Assembly: GCA_965261965.1 (NCBI GenBank)
Contig: OZ253489.1
Coordinates: 130,969 to 194,968 of the forward strand
Source: Dehalococcoidia bacterium
GTDB taxonomy: Bacteria; Chloroflexota; Dehalococcoidia; Lucifugimonadales; JAGWBF01
DNA length: 64,000 nucleotides
Direction of reading: 5' to 3'
In this document: positions 18,371 through 26,985 of the stretch, in pieces
Layout of the letters: every line of letters begins with the position of its first letter
How positions within the stretch are numbered: the stretch's first letter is position 1
The notes under the pieces: generated by a model
Told to the model about the DNA's origin: nothing
The model's input: the letters and a program-made list of their open reading frames with translations, nothing else
Databases searched by the model: none
Position numbers and translations under genes: made by a program

Positions 18371-19324
18371 ATGTCTGAACGCAGGATCAACTTCGGAGTT
18401 TCGGCTCCTGACAATTACGGCGCCATCGCTGCTTATGCTGAAGAAGCTGAGTCCCTCGGGTTTGACCGTCTGAGCTTGGGAGAGCACATCATGGATGAGA
18501 ACCCTCCACGCCCCACCGTGATGAGCATACCAGCCTTGGCTGCTGCCGGAGGAGCCACCCGGTCCCTGCGTCTTCTTACGGGCATAGTCCTGATCCCCCT
18601 CTACCACCCGGTCATGTTGGCCAAGCTTGCCACGACGTTGGATGTGGTGAGCGGTGGACGGTTGGACTTCGGCATCGGCGTGGGAGGCCAACGCGATACC
18701 CGGGGCGAGTTCGAAGCTATGGGAGTGCCCGTCGAAGAGCGGGGCCGCAGGGCCAACGAAGCAATCCGCTTGATAAAACACCTCTGGACCGGAGAATCGG
18801 TTACGTTCGAAGGCCGCTTCTACAGTTGCCGGGATGTAACACTGCTGCCCACTCCTATCCAAACGCCCCATCCGCCAATATGGGTTGCGGGTCGGGAAGA
18901 TGCAGCGATGCGCAGGGCTGCAAGGTATGGGGATGGATGGTACCCATACCTGTTCACCAAGCGAAGGCTCGAAGCCAGCATACAAAAAGTGCGGACCGAA
19001 GCTTCAGCAGCAGGAAGGGATTTGGAGGGGTTTCGGTGGGGTTTGCTTCAACCCACCTGCATAGCCGACACCCGAGATGAAGCGCTCAAGATAGCTGCGG
19101 CCAACGTTGGGCAAAGGTATGTTACAGCCGAACGAAGCGCCGAAGATATAGCTCAGGCGCTGTGCATTGCAGGCACAGCCGCGGATTGTATCCGGAAGAT
19201 CGAAGAACGAGTGGAGATGGGAATAACCGATATTACATTACAATGGATTGCGCCGGACCTAGGATCTGTGCGGGACCAGATGCGTGCGGCGGCAGCAAGC
19301 ATCTTACCATACTTCAACACATGA
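18371..19324 (+). CDS. Luciferase-like monooxygenase (LLM) class, F420/flavin-dependent oxidoreductase
   Basis: 317 aa. LLM hallmarks: LGFDRLSLGEH, GGRLDFGIGVG, PPIWVAG. Confidence 0.85.
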   Translation: MSERRINFGVSAPDNYGAIAAYAEEAESLGFDRLSLGEHIMDENPPRPTVMSIPALAAAGGATRSLRLLTGIVLIPLYHPVMLAKLATTLDVVSGGRLDFGIGVGGQRDTRGEFEAMGVPVEERGRRANEAIRLIKHLWTGESVTFEGRFYSCRDVTLLPTPIQTPHPPIWVAGREDAAMRRAARYGDGWYPYLFTKRRLEASIQKVRTEASAAGRDLEGFRWGLLQPTCIADTRDEALKIAAANVGQRYVTAERSAEDIAQALCIAGTAADCIRKIEERVEMGITDITLQWIAPDLGSVRDQMRAAAASILPYFNT

Positions 19325-20090
19325 CCTGGGAAGCTCAATCTGCCGATAATATAGAGCCACTAGCGGCCTTTGCGGGAAAGAAAGTCCTTGAATGCCTGCT
19401 CCACACCGAACTCTTTGACCGTGGTAGAAAGAAGCTCCCGTTCATTCCGCCACAACGGATTGCGCCGGACCTAGGGTCTGTGCGGGACCAGATGCGGAAG
19501 GCGGCAGCCAGCATCTTACCATACTTCAACACATGACCTGAGAAGCTCAATCCGCCGATAATATAGAGCCACTAGCGGCCTTTGCGGGAAAGAAAGTCCT
19601 TGAATGCCTGCTCCACACCGAACTCTTTGACCGTGGTGGAAAGAAGCTCCCGTTCATTCCGCCACAAAGGATTGCGCCGGACCTAGGATCCGTGCGGGAC
19701 CAGATGCGTACGGCGGCAGCCAGCATCTTACCATACTTCAAAGCATGATTTAGGAATCTCAATCCGCCGGTAATATAGAGCCACTAGCGGCCTTTGCGGG
19801 AAAGAAAGTCCTTGAATGCCTGCTCCACACCGAACTCTTTGACCTTGGTGGAAAGAAGCTCCCGTTCATTCCGCCACAACGGATTGCGCCGGACCTAGGA
19901 TCTGTGCGGGACCAGATGCGTACGGCGGCAGCTAGCATCTTACCCTACTTCAAAGCATGATTTAGGAATCTCAATCTGCCGATAATATAGAGCCACTAGC
20001 GGCCTTTGCGGGAAAGAAAGTCCTTGAATGCCTGCTCCACACCGAACTCTTTGACCTTGGTGGAAAGAAGCTCCCGTTCATTCCGCCACA
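19245..20090. repeat. 212-bp tandem repeat x4 containing the 3' ends of two convergent genes
   Basis: Units start at 19245, 19457, 19669 and 19881, an exact 212-bp period. Each unit contains the last ~26 codons and stop of the LLM gene, the spacer, and the last ~31 codons and stop of the crotonase gene. Copies carry SNPs. Confidence 0.9.
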
Positions 20091-20766
20091 TCTCTTCCCA
20101 GGTTAAACCCACGTTGTGAGACATCAGGTATTTGGCGCCTTGGACCGATTCAGCCCTATTGGCTGCGATGGTCGACGCTATCTCCATGGATTTATCGAGA
20201 AGCTGATCGTTAGGGACCAGGTGGTTGAGGAGGCCGATCCGGTAAGCTTCGTCAGCTTGCACCGCCCTGCCGGTGAACAACAGCTCTTTGGCGATGGGCC
20301 AACCCACCTGCATGGGCAGCGTCCAAGTGCAGTTCAAGCGGCCATAAGCTGCGGCGAGAAACCGGAAGCTGGTGCGTTCGCAACCCACCCTGATATCCAC
20401 CGATGTGGCGATGACGCTACCGCCACCGTAGGCCAAGCCGTTCATCGCTCCTACCGTGGGTTTGGTACAGTTGGCCAGGTGCCAGCTATACCCAGCTTTT
20501 AGGGCTTTACGCCTCTCATCCTCTTCTTCAGTGAGTTCCACAGCATCCCGCCGTTGTTCGTGGATATCTCCACCGGCCGAGAAGGCCCGCTCACCAGAGC
20601 CGGACAAGATGATCGCGCCGACATTTTCGTCTTCCTCAGCATCAGATAAAGCAGAATCAACCTCCGAAACCAGCTGAAAGCTCAATGCATTGAGCACATC
20701 AGGCCGGTTTAGGGTGATGGTGGCTACTCCCTGTTCTTTGGATACGATAATAGTTTCATAGTCCAC
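19996..20766 (-). CDS. Enoyl-CoA hydratase/isomerase (crotonase) family protein
   Basis: 256 aa with a GTG start. The crotonase fold signature is visible (ITLNRPDVLNALS, FSAGGDI, GLAYGGG). Confidence 0.85.
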   Translation of the reverse strand: MDYETIIVSKEQGVATITLNRPDVLNALSFQLVSEVDSALSDAEEDENVGAIILSGSGERAFSAGGDIHEQRRDAVELTEEEDERRKALKAGYSWHLANCTKPTVGAMNGLAYGGGSVIATSVDIRVGCERTSFRFLAAAYGRLNCTWTLPMQVGWPIAKELLFTGRAVQADEAYRIGLLNHLVPNDQLLDKSMEIASTIAANRAESVQGAKYLMSHNVGLTWEEMWRNERELLSTKVKEFGVEQAFKDFLSRKGR

Positions 20767-20809
20767 GTTGTTACTCCGGTGGTTGGTGTTAATCTCCGCG
20801 CAGACGATA

Positions 20810-20849
20810 TCCTGCAGGAGCAGATGATATCCTGCAGGAATGGTGGTGA
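20810..20849. promoter_or_regulatory. Two tandem 20-bp palindrome-containing boxes upstream of the crotonase gene (candidate operator)
   Basis: GCAGAYGATATCCTGCAGGA occurs twice (20810-20829, 20830-20849). Each box contains the perfect 10-bp palindrome TCCTGCAGGA. They lie 44-83 nt upstream of the GTG at 20766. Confidence 0.3.
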
Positions 20850-20896
20850 GATTATTATTTACAAATCCATTCTAATTGCCGAACAGTATTAGGTCA

Positions 20897-21090
20897 ACGA
20901 AGCTACCGGGGCCACTGCGTAAACGAAGCTACCGGGGCCACTGCGTAAACGAAGCTACCGGGGCCACTATGTAAATGAAGCTTAGCGGGGTCGCTGCGTA
21001 AATGAAGCTTAGTGGGGTCACTGTGTAAACGAAGCTTAGCGGGGTCACTGCGTAAATGAAGCTTAGTGGGGTCACTGTGTAAATGTTCAG
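20897..21090. repeat. 26-bp tandem repeat, about 7 copies
   Basis: AGCTACCGGGGCCACTGCGTAAACGA-type units start at 20901, 20927 and 20953. Three units of one variant are followed by four of a second variant (AGCTTAGYGGGGTCRCTGYGTAAAYGA). There are no unique spacers. Confidence 0.85.
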
Positions 21091-21129
21091 ACTTCAAGGG
21101 GTCAACCTTGAGGGCCTCTTCGAATTATC

Positions 21130-21945
21130 ATCCCGAACGCCGGCTTATCACGCCGAGCCGCCCACTGTAATTCCGAACCCCCTACTGTCATTCCGAACCG
21201 CAGTGAGGAATCTAAAATGCCCCGACCAAAGCCTCGTCCAATACTACGATAAGCCATAGGGTGAGCAGGCATCTTAGATTCTTCGTCGTGCGCTCCTCAG
21301 AATGACAGTGAAGGGGCGCACTCCTCAGAACGACAGTGAAGGGGCGCACTCCTCAGAATGACAGTGAGGAGGGTGCTCCTCAGAATGACAGTGGGGGGCG
21401 CGCTCCTCAGAATGACAGTGAGGAGGGTGCTCCTCAGAATGACAGTGGGGGGCGCACTCCTCAGAATGACAGTGAAGGGGCGCGCTCCTCAGAATGACAG
21501 TGAGGAGGGTGCTCCTCAGAATGACAGTGAAGGAGGGTGCTCCTCAGAATGACGATAAGGGGGCGCTACTCAGAATGAGAATAAGGGGAGGCGCCAGCTG
21601 TAATTCCGAACCCTCCCCCTGTCATTCCGAACCGCAGTGAGGAATCTAAGATGCCCCGACCGAAGCCTAGTCCATTTCTACGACGAACCATAGGGTGAGC
21701 CAGCATCTTAGATTCTTCGTCGTGCGCTCCTCAGAATGACAGTGAGGGGGGCGCGCTCCTCAGAATGACAATAAGGGGAGGCGCCAGCTGTGATTCCGAA
21801 CCCTCTCCCTGTCATTCCGAACCGCAGTGAGGAATCTAATATGCCCCGACCAAAGCCTCGTCCAATACTACGATGAGCCGTCGGGTGAGCAGGCATCTTA
21901 GATTCTTCGTCGTGCGCTCCTCAGAATGACATGGAGGGGAGGGCG
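21130..21945 (+). repeat. Family A array 3
   Basis: Three 120-bp copies (21187-21306, 21621-21740, 21811-21930) and about ten ~31-bp CTCCTCAGAATGACAGTGARGRGGGYGC sub-repeats (21296-21600). Confidence 0.85.
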
Positions 21946-22101
21946 CTCCTCAGAAGGTGGGGTGCGGGGAAACGCGGCGGCCTCAGCTGGTAGCGCCCGG
22001 CCTTGGCTGGGTGGCGCTGCGGGCGCAGATGGGTGGCGGTCGGGCGCAGCGGGGAGGCGCTGCGGGCGCGAGTGGGTGGCGGTGGGGAGGCTGGCTTACC
22101 T

Positions 22102-22695
22102 TTAGTAGGTTGTGGGGTTGGTTTCTGCTGTCAAAGCGTTCTGTATCTGTTCTTCCAGCTTACCCGCAGTTACGAAGCCGCCGTATTTTCGGACTATGTT
22201 GTGGCTGCGGTCCAAGAAGAATGTGGTCGGAAAGCTTATTACACCATACTCCTCGAAGATAGAACCGTTGGGGTCAGCTCCTATGGCGTAGGTGATACCC
22301 AGTTCATTGATAAATTTCTGACCATCTTCTTTGGAATCCAGACCCACCAGTTGGATGCCTATAAACTCCAAGCCGTCGGCGCGATGCCTACGGAAAGAAT
22401 CTTCCATCTCGGGCATCTCTGCCCGACAGGGGGCACAAGAAGGAAACCAGAAGTTCACAACCAGCGCTTTTCCCGAAAACCGGTCCAAGCTGATCAGTTC
22501 CCCCGCTTCATAGTTTTCGTTGCCGAACGCACCGAACTGGAAGGGGGGCGCCGGATCATCATCTGCAGTCTTGGCCGAATCACCCCCGCCGCCGCAGGCG
22601 CCAGCTATCAAAAAACTGGCTATCATAACCGCAAACCATGTTGGAAACCGTAGCTGTTTCATCGCTTCAAAGGTAAATGTCGCTGCTGTTCTCAA
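22102..22695 (-). CDS. TlpA/ResA-like thiol-disulfide oxidoreductase, probable lipoprotein
   Basis: The thioredoxin-fold motif is WFPSCAPC. Lipobox-like FLIAGAC. The start is either the TTG at 22695 (overlapping the upstream stop) or the ATG at 22662. Confidence 0.8.
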   Translation of the reverse strand: MRTAATFTFEAMKQLRFPTWFAVMIASFLIAGACGGGGDSAKTADDDPAPPFQFGAFGNENYEAGELISLDRFSGKALVVNFWFPSCAPCRAEMPEMEDSFRRHRADGLEFIGIQLVGLDSKEDGQKFINELGITYAIGADPNGSIFEEYGVISFPTTFFLDRSHNIVRKYGGFVTAGKLEEQIQNALTAETNPTTY

Positions 22696-23282
22696 TTTCC
22701 GGCGGGTTGGTGGGGAAGGGGATTTGTCAGCACCTTCACCACCTCATCATAAGCAGCCAGGGCATGTTGCTCCACCAAGGCTGGGGCGATGCCTCCCAAG
22801 GGATGAGGTATGGTCACCGCCTGAAAGCCCGCCCGGCCGAAGCTGCGGGCCTGCACGTTGGCAGAATTGACAAAGGGTTCGGTACAGATCACCACAGTAG
22901 GGATTCCCCGGTTTTCCAAGGTCATAGTGTCGTGCACACTGCACGCGGTACAAGACCCTCAATCGGCGATAGCTGTAATAACATAATCGCACCGTTCTGC
23001 CAAGGCACCCAATACATCATCGCTGGCTGGGCGGGAGTAGATGAACTTGTCCAAAACCACCGAATCTTCCAACTCGAAGTTCTTGTCCAGCATGTCTTTG
23101 ATTGTCACAAGCAGCAGGTTTGCATTGGCTTTCCTGTTGCCCAGAAACCCTCCCACCTTGCCGTGGAGGCTCGGTAGCGCCGGCGCAGCCCGCCACCGAT
23201 CGTTGGCATCCGGGTCCACAGGGGCTAGGATATCCATTTGTCGGAGTTGCTCTCGAATGGCGCTGTTGGGCATTGTTCCCAT
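22692..23282 (-). CDS. UGSC-motif selenoprotein candidate (in-frame UGA at 22959-22961 read as Sec)
   Basis: ORFs 22959-23360 and 22692-22937 are in the same frame, separated by a TGA plus 7 sense codons. Read-through gives ...ITAIAD-U-GSCTACSVHDTMTLENRG... A hairpin CGTGCA-GTG-TGCACG (22931-22945) lies 13 nt after the UGA. The preferred start is the ATG at 23282 with AGGAGGA upstream. Confidence 0.65.
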
Positions 23283-23317
23283 ATCTTCCTCCTCAGGTTT
23301 AAGGCCCCTTGGTCCTG

Positions 23318-24358
23318 CTAGGGCAACTCTATCTTCCGGGTAGCTTTCCTGGAACCCCAACCCGGCAGATACACCGAATGAGGCCCCCCGCTGCCGCCTG
23401 CGACGATGATGTTGATATCTTCAGGACGCCGGACCACGGGCACCATAGCTTCATCGTCGTTGGGATCGACGAACTTCGGCCACAGCATCTCGCGGCGGGC
23501 ATCCCCTTGGGGCGGCCCACCCCGTTTGAGCAGCTTGACCGGTTTGCGGGCATGTTCGAAAAGGTACTGCTTCAGATCGGATTTCCGCCAGCCATTTTGA
23601 GCAAAGATGCGCGCATGTTCCGGCCCCAATGCTAGAAACGTATCTCCCATCACATACATCTGGACATTGCCCAAGGTGCACATGGTGTCTGCAATGCACA
23701 TCAGCAGGTCCCTTGGAGCCCCTGCATGATACATGATGTTGTGGGGAGCTTCTCCGGGGAACACAGTAACCGTGCTGTCGGATTGCTGGTAGCCAAGCTC
23801 GACGTGCAGGGGTTCCCAAGGATTGGCTGCTTCGTATTCGGCGATGCAGTAGGTGAAAGCCCCGGGATGGCCGAAGGTGGCTTTGTTGGTGGTCCCCGGA
23901 ATCGCCCCGCCCAAGTTCACCAGAGCAAGCTTCACCCCTCGGCCGATGGTTGCGTTGGCCCTCCAACCTTGACCAAAGCAGTTGTATCCGCCGTTGATAT
24001 CCAGTTGTTGGATGATGGGCCCGTTGATGATCATCAAGGGTGAATGTATGCCGGTCGAGCATTGGACGCCCCGTAAGTTGAAACGGTCGTCCATCAGCGC
24101 CTGGATGGATGCGATGATCACCGGCATGTACTCGGGCAAGCAGCCAGCCATAACTGCGTTGACGGCCAACCGTTCCACCGTGGCTTTGCCACCCAATGGC
24201 GGTATCTCCGCAATAAGCTCGTCAGCATCCCGCCCTGTAGCTGTGATATGCTGGCGGACCCGGTCTTTGGTGGGCGGTGCCACCGGCAGACCGTCGGTCC
24301 AGCCGGTGCTGTACATAAGTTCCACCATGTCCGTCATATGGGCCGAAGGCGCTTGCAT
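23318..24358 (-). CDS. Conserved hypothetical protein (346 aa), function unknown
   Basis: Long ORF co-directional with ggt and the selenoprotein candidate. No motif recognised. Confidence 0.7.
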   Translation of the reverse strand: MQAPSAHMTDMVELMYSTGWTDGLPVAPPTKDRVRQHITATGRDADELIAEIPPLGGKATVERLAVNAVMAGCLPEYMPVIIASIQALMDDRFNLRGVQCSTGIHSPLMIINGPIIQQLDINGGYNCFGQGWRANATIGRGVKLALVNLGGAIPGTTNKATFGHPGAFTYCIAEYEAANPWEPLHVELGYQQSDSTVTVFPGEAPHNIMYHAGAPRDLLMCIADTMCTLGNVQMYVMGDTFLALGPEHARIFAQNGWRKSDLKQYLFEHARKPVKLLKRGGPPQGDARREMLWPKFVDPNDDEAMVPVVRRPEDINIIVAGGSGGPHSVYLPGWGSRKATRKIELP

Positions 24359-24455
24359 TATCTCACTTCACTCCAAGTAAACTCTGCTGGGCATTGGGGA
24401 GTCTTATGCTCATCCACCGCCGGCAAGGCGGAACGGAGAGGTGCGCTCACAGCAG

Positions 24456-26192
24456 CTACCAGCCGATGGCATAGCTGTCCCTGTGCGGGCCGGCGCCGGC
24501 GATCAAGGTCCCATGTTCTTGGTCCACCACGATAGCGCTGGGGCTTCCGGCCGTGGACATCCAATCATCCCGCACCGCTATGTTGTGCCCCATCTCTTGC
24601 AGCTTGTGCGCCACGTCGCTGTCCAGCCGTCCTTCTACGTTCAGTTCCCCGGGCACGTAGGGGTGGGGCCAACCCGAGCCGGGGAAGCTGCTGCTGCGGA
24701 ACCTGGGTTCTTCCACTGCCTGCTGGGGGTCGAAGCCGAACTCCAATATGTTCAGAAGGGTCTGGAGTTGGGCTTGCACCTGCATATCTTCTCCTGGGCT
24801 GCCGAAGGGCATGAACAACCTGCCGTCCTTCAGGGCCATCGCTGCACAAGGGGTCATGCGAGGTCGTTTGCCCGGCCCCAAGCAGTTGGGATTTTCGGGG
24901 TCCAACCAGGTTTGACCTCCCCGGCCTGAGATAGCGACACCTACGCCGGGTACGATGGGGGTGCTGGTGAATGAGTCGCTGGGGGTGGCTGAAAAACCGT
25001 TGCCCCACCGGTCCACCACACAGGTGTACGCGGTGTCAGGATCGGAGCGCCCGGACTTGGGGATTGCCTCAACAGGGTTTATGGTTTTTAGCTTTCCTTC
25101 CAAGGACCAGGGATTGCCGGGAGGAGGCATCCGGGTCCATGCAGCCTCGGGGTCAATCCCGTCTCGGCGTTGGTCCGCATACTCTTTCATCATAAGCCCG
25201 CGGATGGGCACCTCGATGATTTTCGGGTCGCCGTAATACTGATGCCGGTCTGCGAAGGACAGCTTGATTGCTTCCACAACCGTATGCACGTACTGGGCTG
25301 TGTTGTGGCCCATTCCCTGAAGATCGAAAGCTTCCAGCAGGTTCAGCGCCTGTACCAAGGTGGGTCCTTGGCACCACGGCCCGCTGGTGTGCACTGAATA
25401 ACCCCTGTAATTGGCAACTTGGGGGACTTCCACATCCACATGGAAATCAGCTAGATCATCCATCTCCAAAAGCCCATCTTGTTCTTGGCAAAAACGGACC
25501 ATCTCTTCTGCTATCTCACCTTTGTAGAACAGGTCACGGGCTGCCCGGATGGCACATTCCCGACCATTGTAGCTGCTTGCTCGTTCGGCATCCACCATCT
25601 TTCTGAATGTGCGGCCCATATCAACCTGTCGGACGATTTCCCCGACGCGAAGGAGTCTGCCCTCGGGAAGAAAAATTGACGATGTTGTGGGATAACCTGC
25701 TATGAAGTCCCGTTGGAGATTGGTTATCCGCGCCATGCGGGGGGTCACGGGGAACCCTTTCTCGCACAGCTCAATGGAAGGACCAACCACCTGCTCAAAG
25801 GTCATTGTGCCGAAACGTTCCAGAGCTGTCAGCCAAGCATCGCACGCAGCAGGCGCCACAGCCCGGGCCATGCCCCGCGGGATGATTCCGCCATGGCGTT
25901 TGACATATGGTTCGAGCTCTGCAGCTTTACCCCAAGGGCCAACGCCGCTGATGCTGTACACCTCACGGGCGTCGGAACGGTAGACCATGATGGGAGCAAC
26001 TCCGGCAAAGTTGGTCTGCTCCGCTATGGTGATGTTGAGGGCGATACCGGAAGCAACGCCTGCATCTATGGCACTGCCCCCCATTTGGAGTATTTGGAAG
26101 CCGGCGGCAGTAGCCAGATAATGACCTGTGGAGATCATGTGATGGGAGGCCATCACAGCCGGCCTGTAGGATGATATGCCCTTGGGAGGCAT
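24456..26192 (-). CDS. ggt: Gamma-glutamyltransferase
   Basis: 578 aa. GGT family features: the region around DTAYTCVVDRWGN (autoprocessing Thr) and PGEDMQ near the C-terminus. Confidence 0.88.
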   Translation of the reverse strand: MPPKGISSYRPAVMASHHMISTGHYLATAAGFQILQMGGSAIDAGVASGIALNITIAEQTNFAGVAPIMVYRSDAREVYSISGVGPWGKAAELEPYVKRHGGIIPRGMARAVAPAACDAWLTALERFGTMTFEQVVGPSIELCEKGFPVTPRMARITNLQRDFIAGYPTTSSIFLPEGRLLRVGEIVRQVDMGRTFRKMVDAERASSYNGRECAIRAARDLFYKGEIAEEMVRFCQEQDGLLEMDDLADFHVDVEVPQVANYRGYSVHTSGPWCQGPTLVQALNLLEAFDLQGMGHNTAQYVHTVVEAIKLSFADRHQYYGDPKIIEVPIRGLMMKEYADQRRDGIDPEAAWTRMPPPGNPWSLEGKLKTINPVEAIPKSGRSDPDTAYTCVVDRWGNGFSATPSDSFTSTPIVPGVGVAISGRGGQTWLDPENPNCLGPGKRPRMTPCAAMALKDGRLFMPFGSPGEDMQVQAQLQTLLNILEFGFDPQQAVEEPRFRSSSFPGSGWPHPYVPGELNVEGRLDSDVAHKLQEMGHNIAVRDDWMSTAGSPSAIVVDQEHGTLIAGAGPHRDSYAIGW

Positions 26193-26289
26193 GATCCACC
26201 TCCGTTTTTACTGGCTGTAGGATACTCTCGATATCTGGAATTGGAAAGGACAGATGGATACCGAAGCTTCCCGGAACAGCTGTTGCGGG

Positions 26290-26318
26290 TTGACAGCTAT
26301 CAACTGGCTTCCTAACAT
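26290..26318 (+). promoter_or_regulatory. Candidate promoter for mogA/moaB
   Basis: TTGACA (26290-26295), 17 nt, TAACAT (26313-26318), 33 nt upstream of the GTG at 26351. Confidence 0.3.
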
Positions 26319-26350
26319 AATACGACTACCAAGATGAATGGGAAGGGAAT

Positions 26351-26875
26351 GTGTTCAAGCTAGGCGTTCTCACAATCAGCACAGCGGGTTTTCATGGTCA
26401 GCGGGAAGACACCAGCGGCGCAGCGATCCAGAACATGCTGTGTGAACCCGACTACCAGGTCGTACGTTATGAGATTGTATCCGACGAAACCGATATGATC
26501 GTCGACCGCCTGACAAAATGGGCGGACGAATATGATGTTGATCTGATCATAACCACCGGCGGAACGGGTGTGGCCCCCCGGGATGTAACCCCCGAAGCTT
26601 GCAAGCTGGTGTTTGAACGGGAAGTGCCCGGCTTGGCTGAAGCGATGAGGGCAGGCACCCTGAGCAAAACACCCATGGCGATGCTCAGCCGATCGGTCGC
26701 TGGTATCAGGGGCAATACCTTGATAATCACCCTTCCGGGCAGTCCCAAAGGCGTAGTTGAGTGCTTGGAGGTCGTCAAGCCCGTATTGCCCCATGCCCTC
26801 CAGCTTCTCCGGGGAGATGCCATTGGGCATCCGGCAGCCTCGGAAGGAAAAAACAGCGGAGACGGTCCCAAGTAG
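26351..26875 (+). CDS. Molybdenum cofactor biosynthesis protein MogA/MoaB family
   Basis: 174 aa. TTGGTGVAPRDVTPEA motif and LPGSPKG. Confidence 0.85.
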   Translation: MFKLGVLTISTAGFHGQREDTSGAAIQNMLCEPDYQVVRYEIVSDETDMIVDRLTKWADEYDVDLIITTGGTGVAPRDVTPEACKLVFEREVPGLAEAMRAGTLSKTPMAMLSRSVAGIRGNTLIITLPGSPKGVVECLEVVKPVLPHALQLLRGDAIGHPAASEGKNSGDGPK

Positions 26876-26985
26876 GCCTGGCAGATTAGTATTGAGGCTG
26901 CTGGATTCTGGCTTTAGCTGGAAGGACGAGGCGGAGTAAACGGCGCCGGCAAGCATCCAACGGGCCTTGTAGCGACACAGCGACA

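Noticed and set aside
21957-22653. Plus-strand ORFs 21957-22262 and 22003-22653 overlapping the TlpA-like gene
   Set aside because: The N-terminal parts are Gly/Arg-rich translations of a G-rich repeat flank. The rest is antisense to a gene with a clear CxxC thioredoxin motif.
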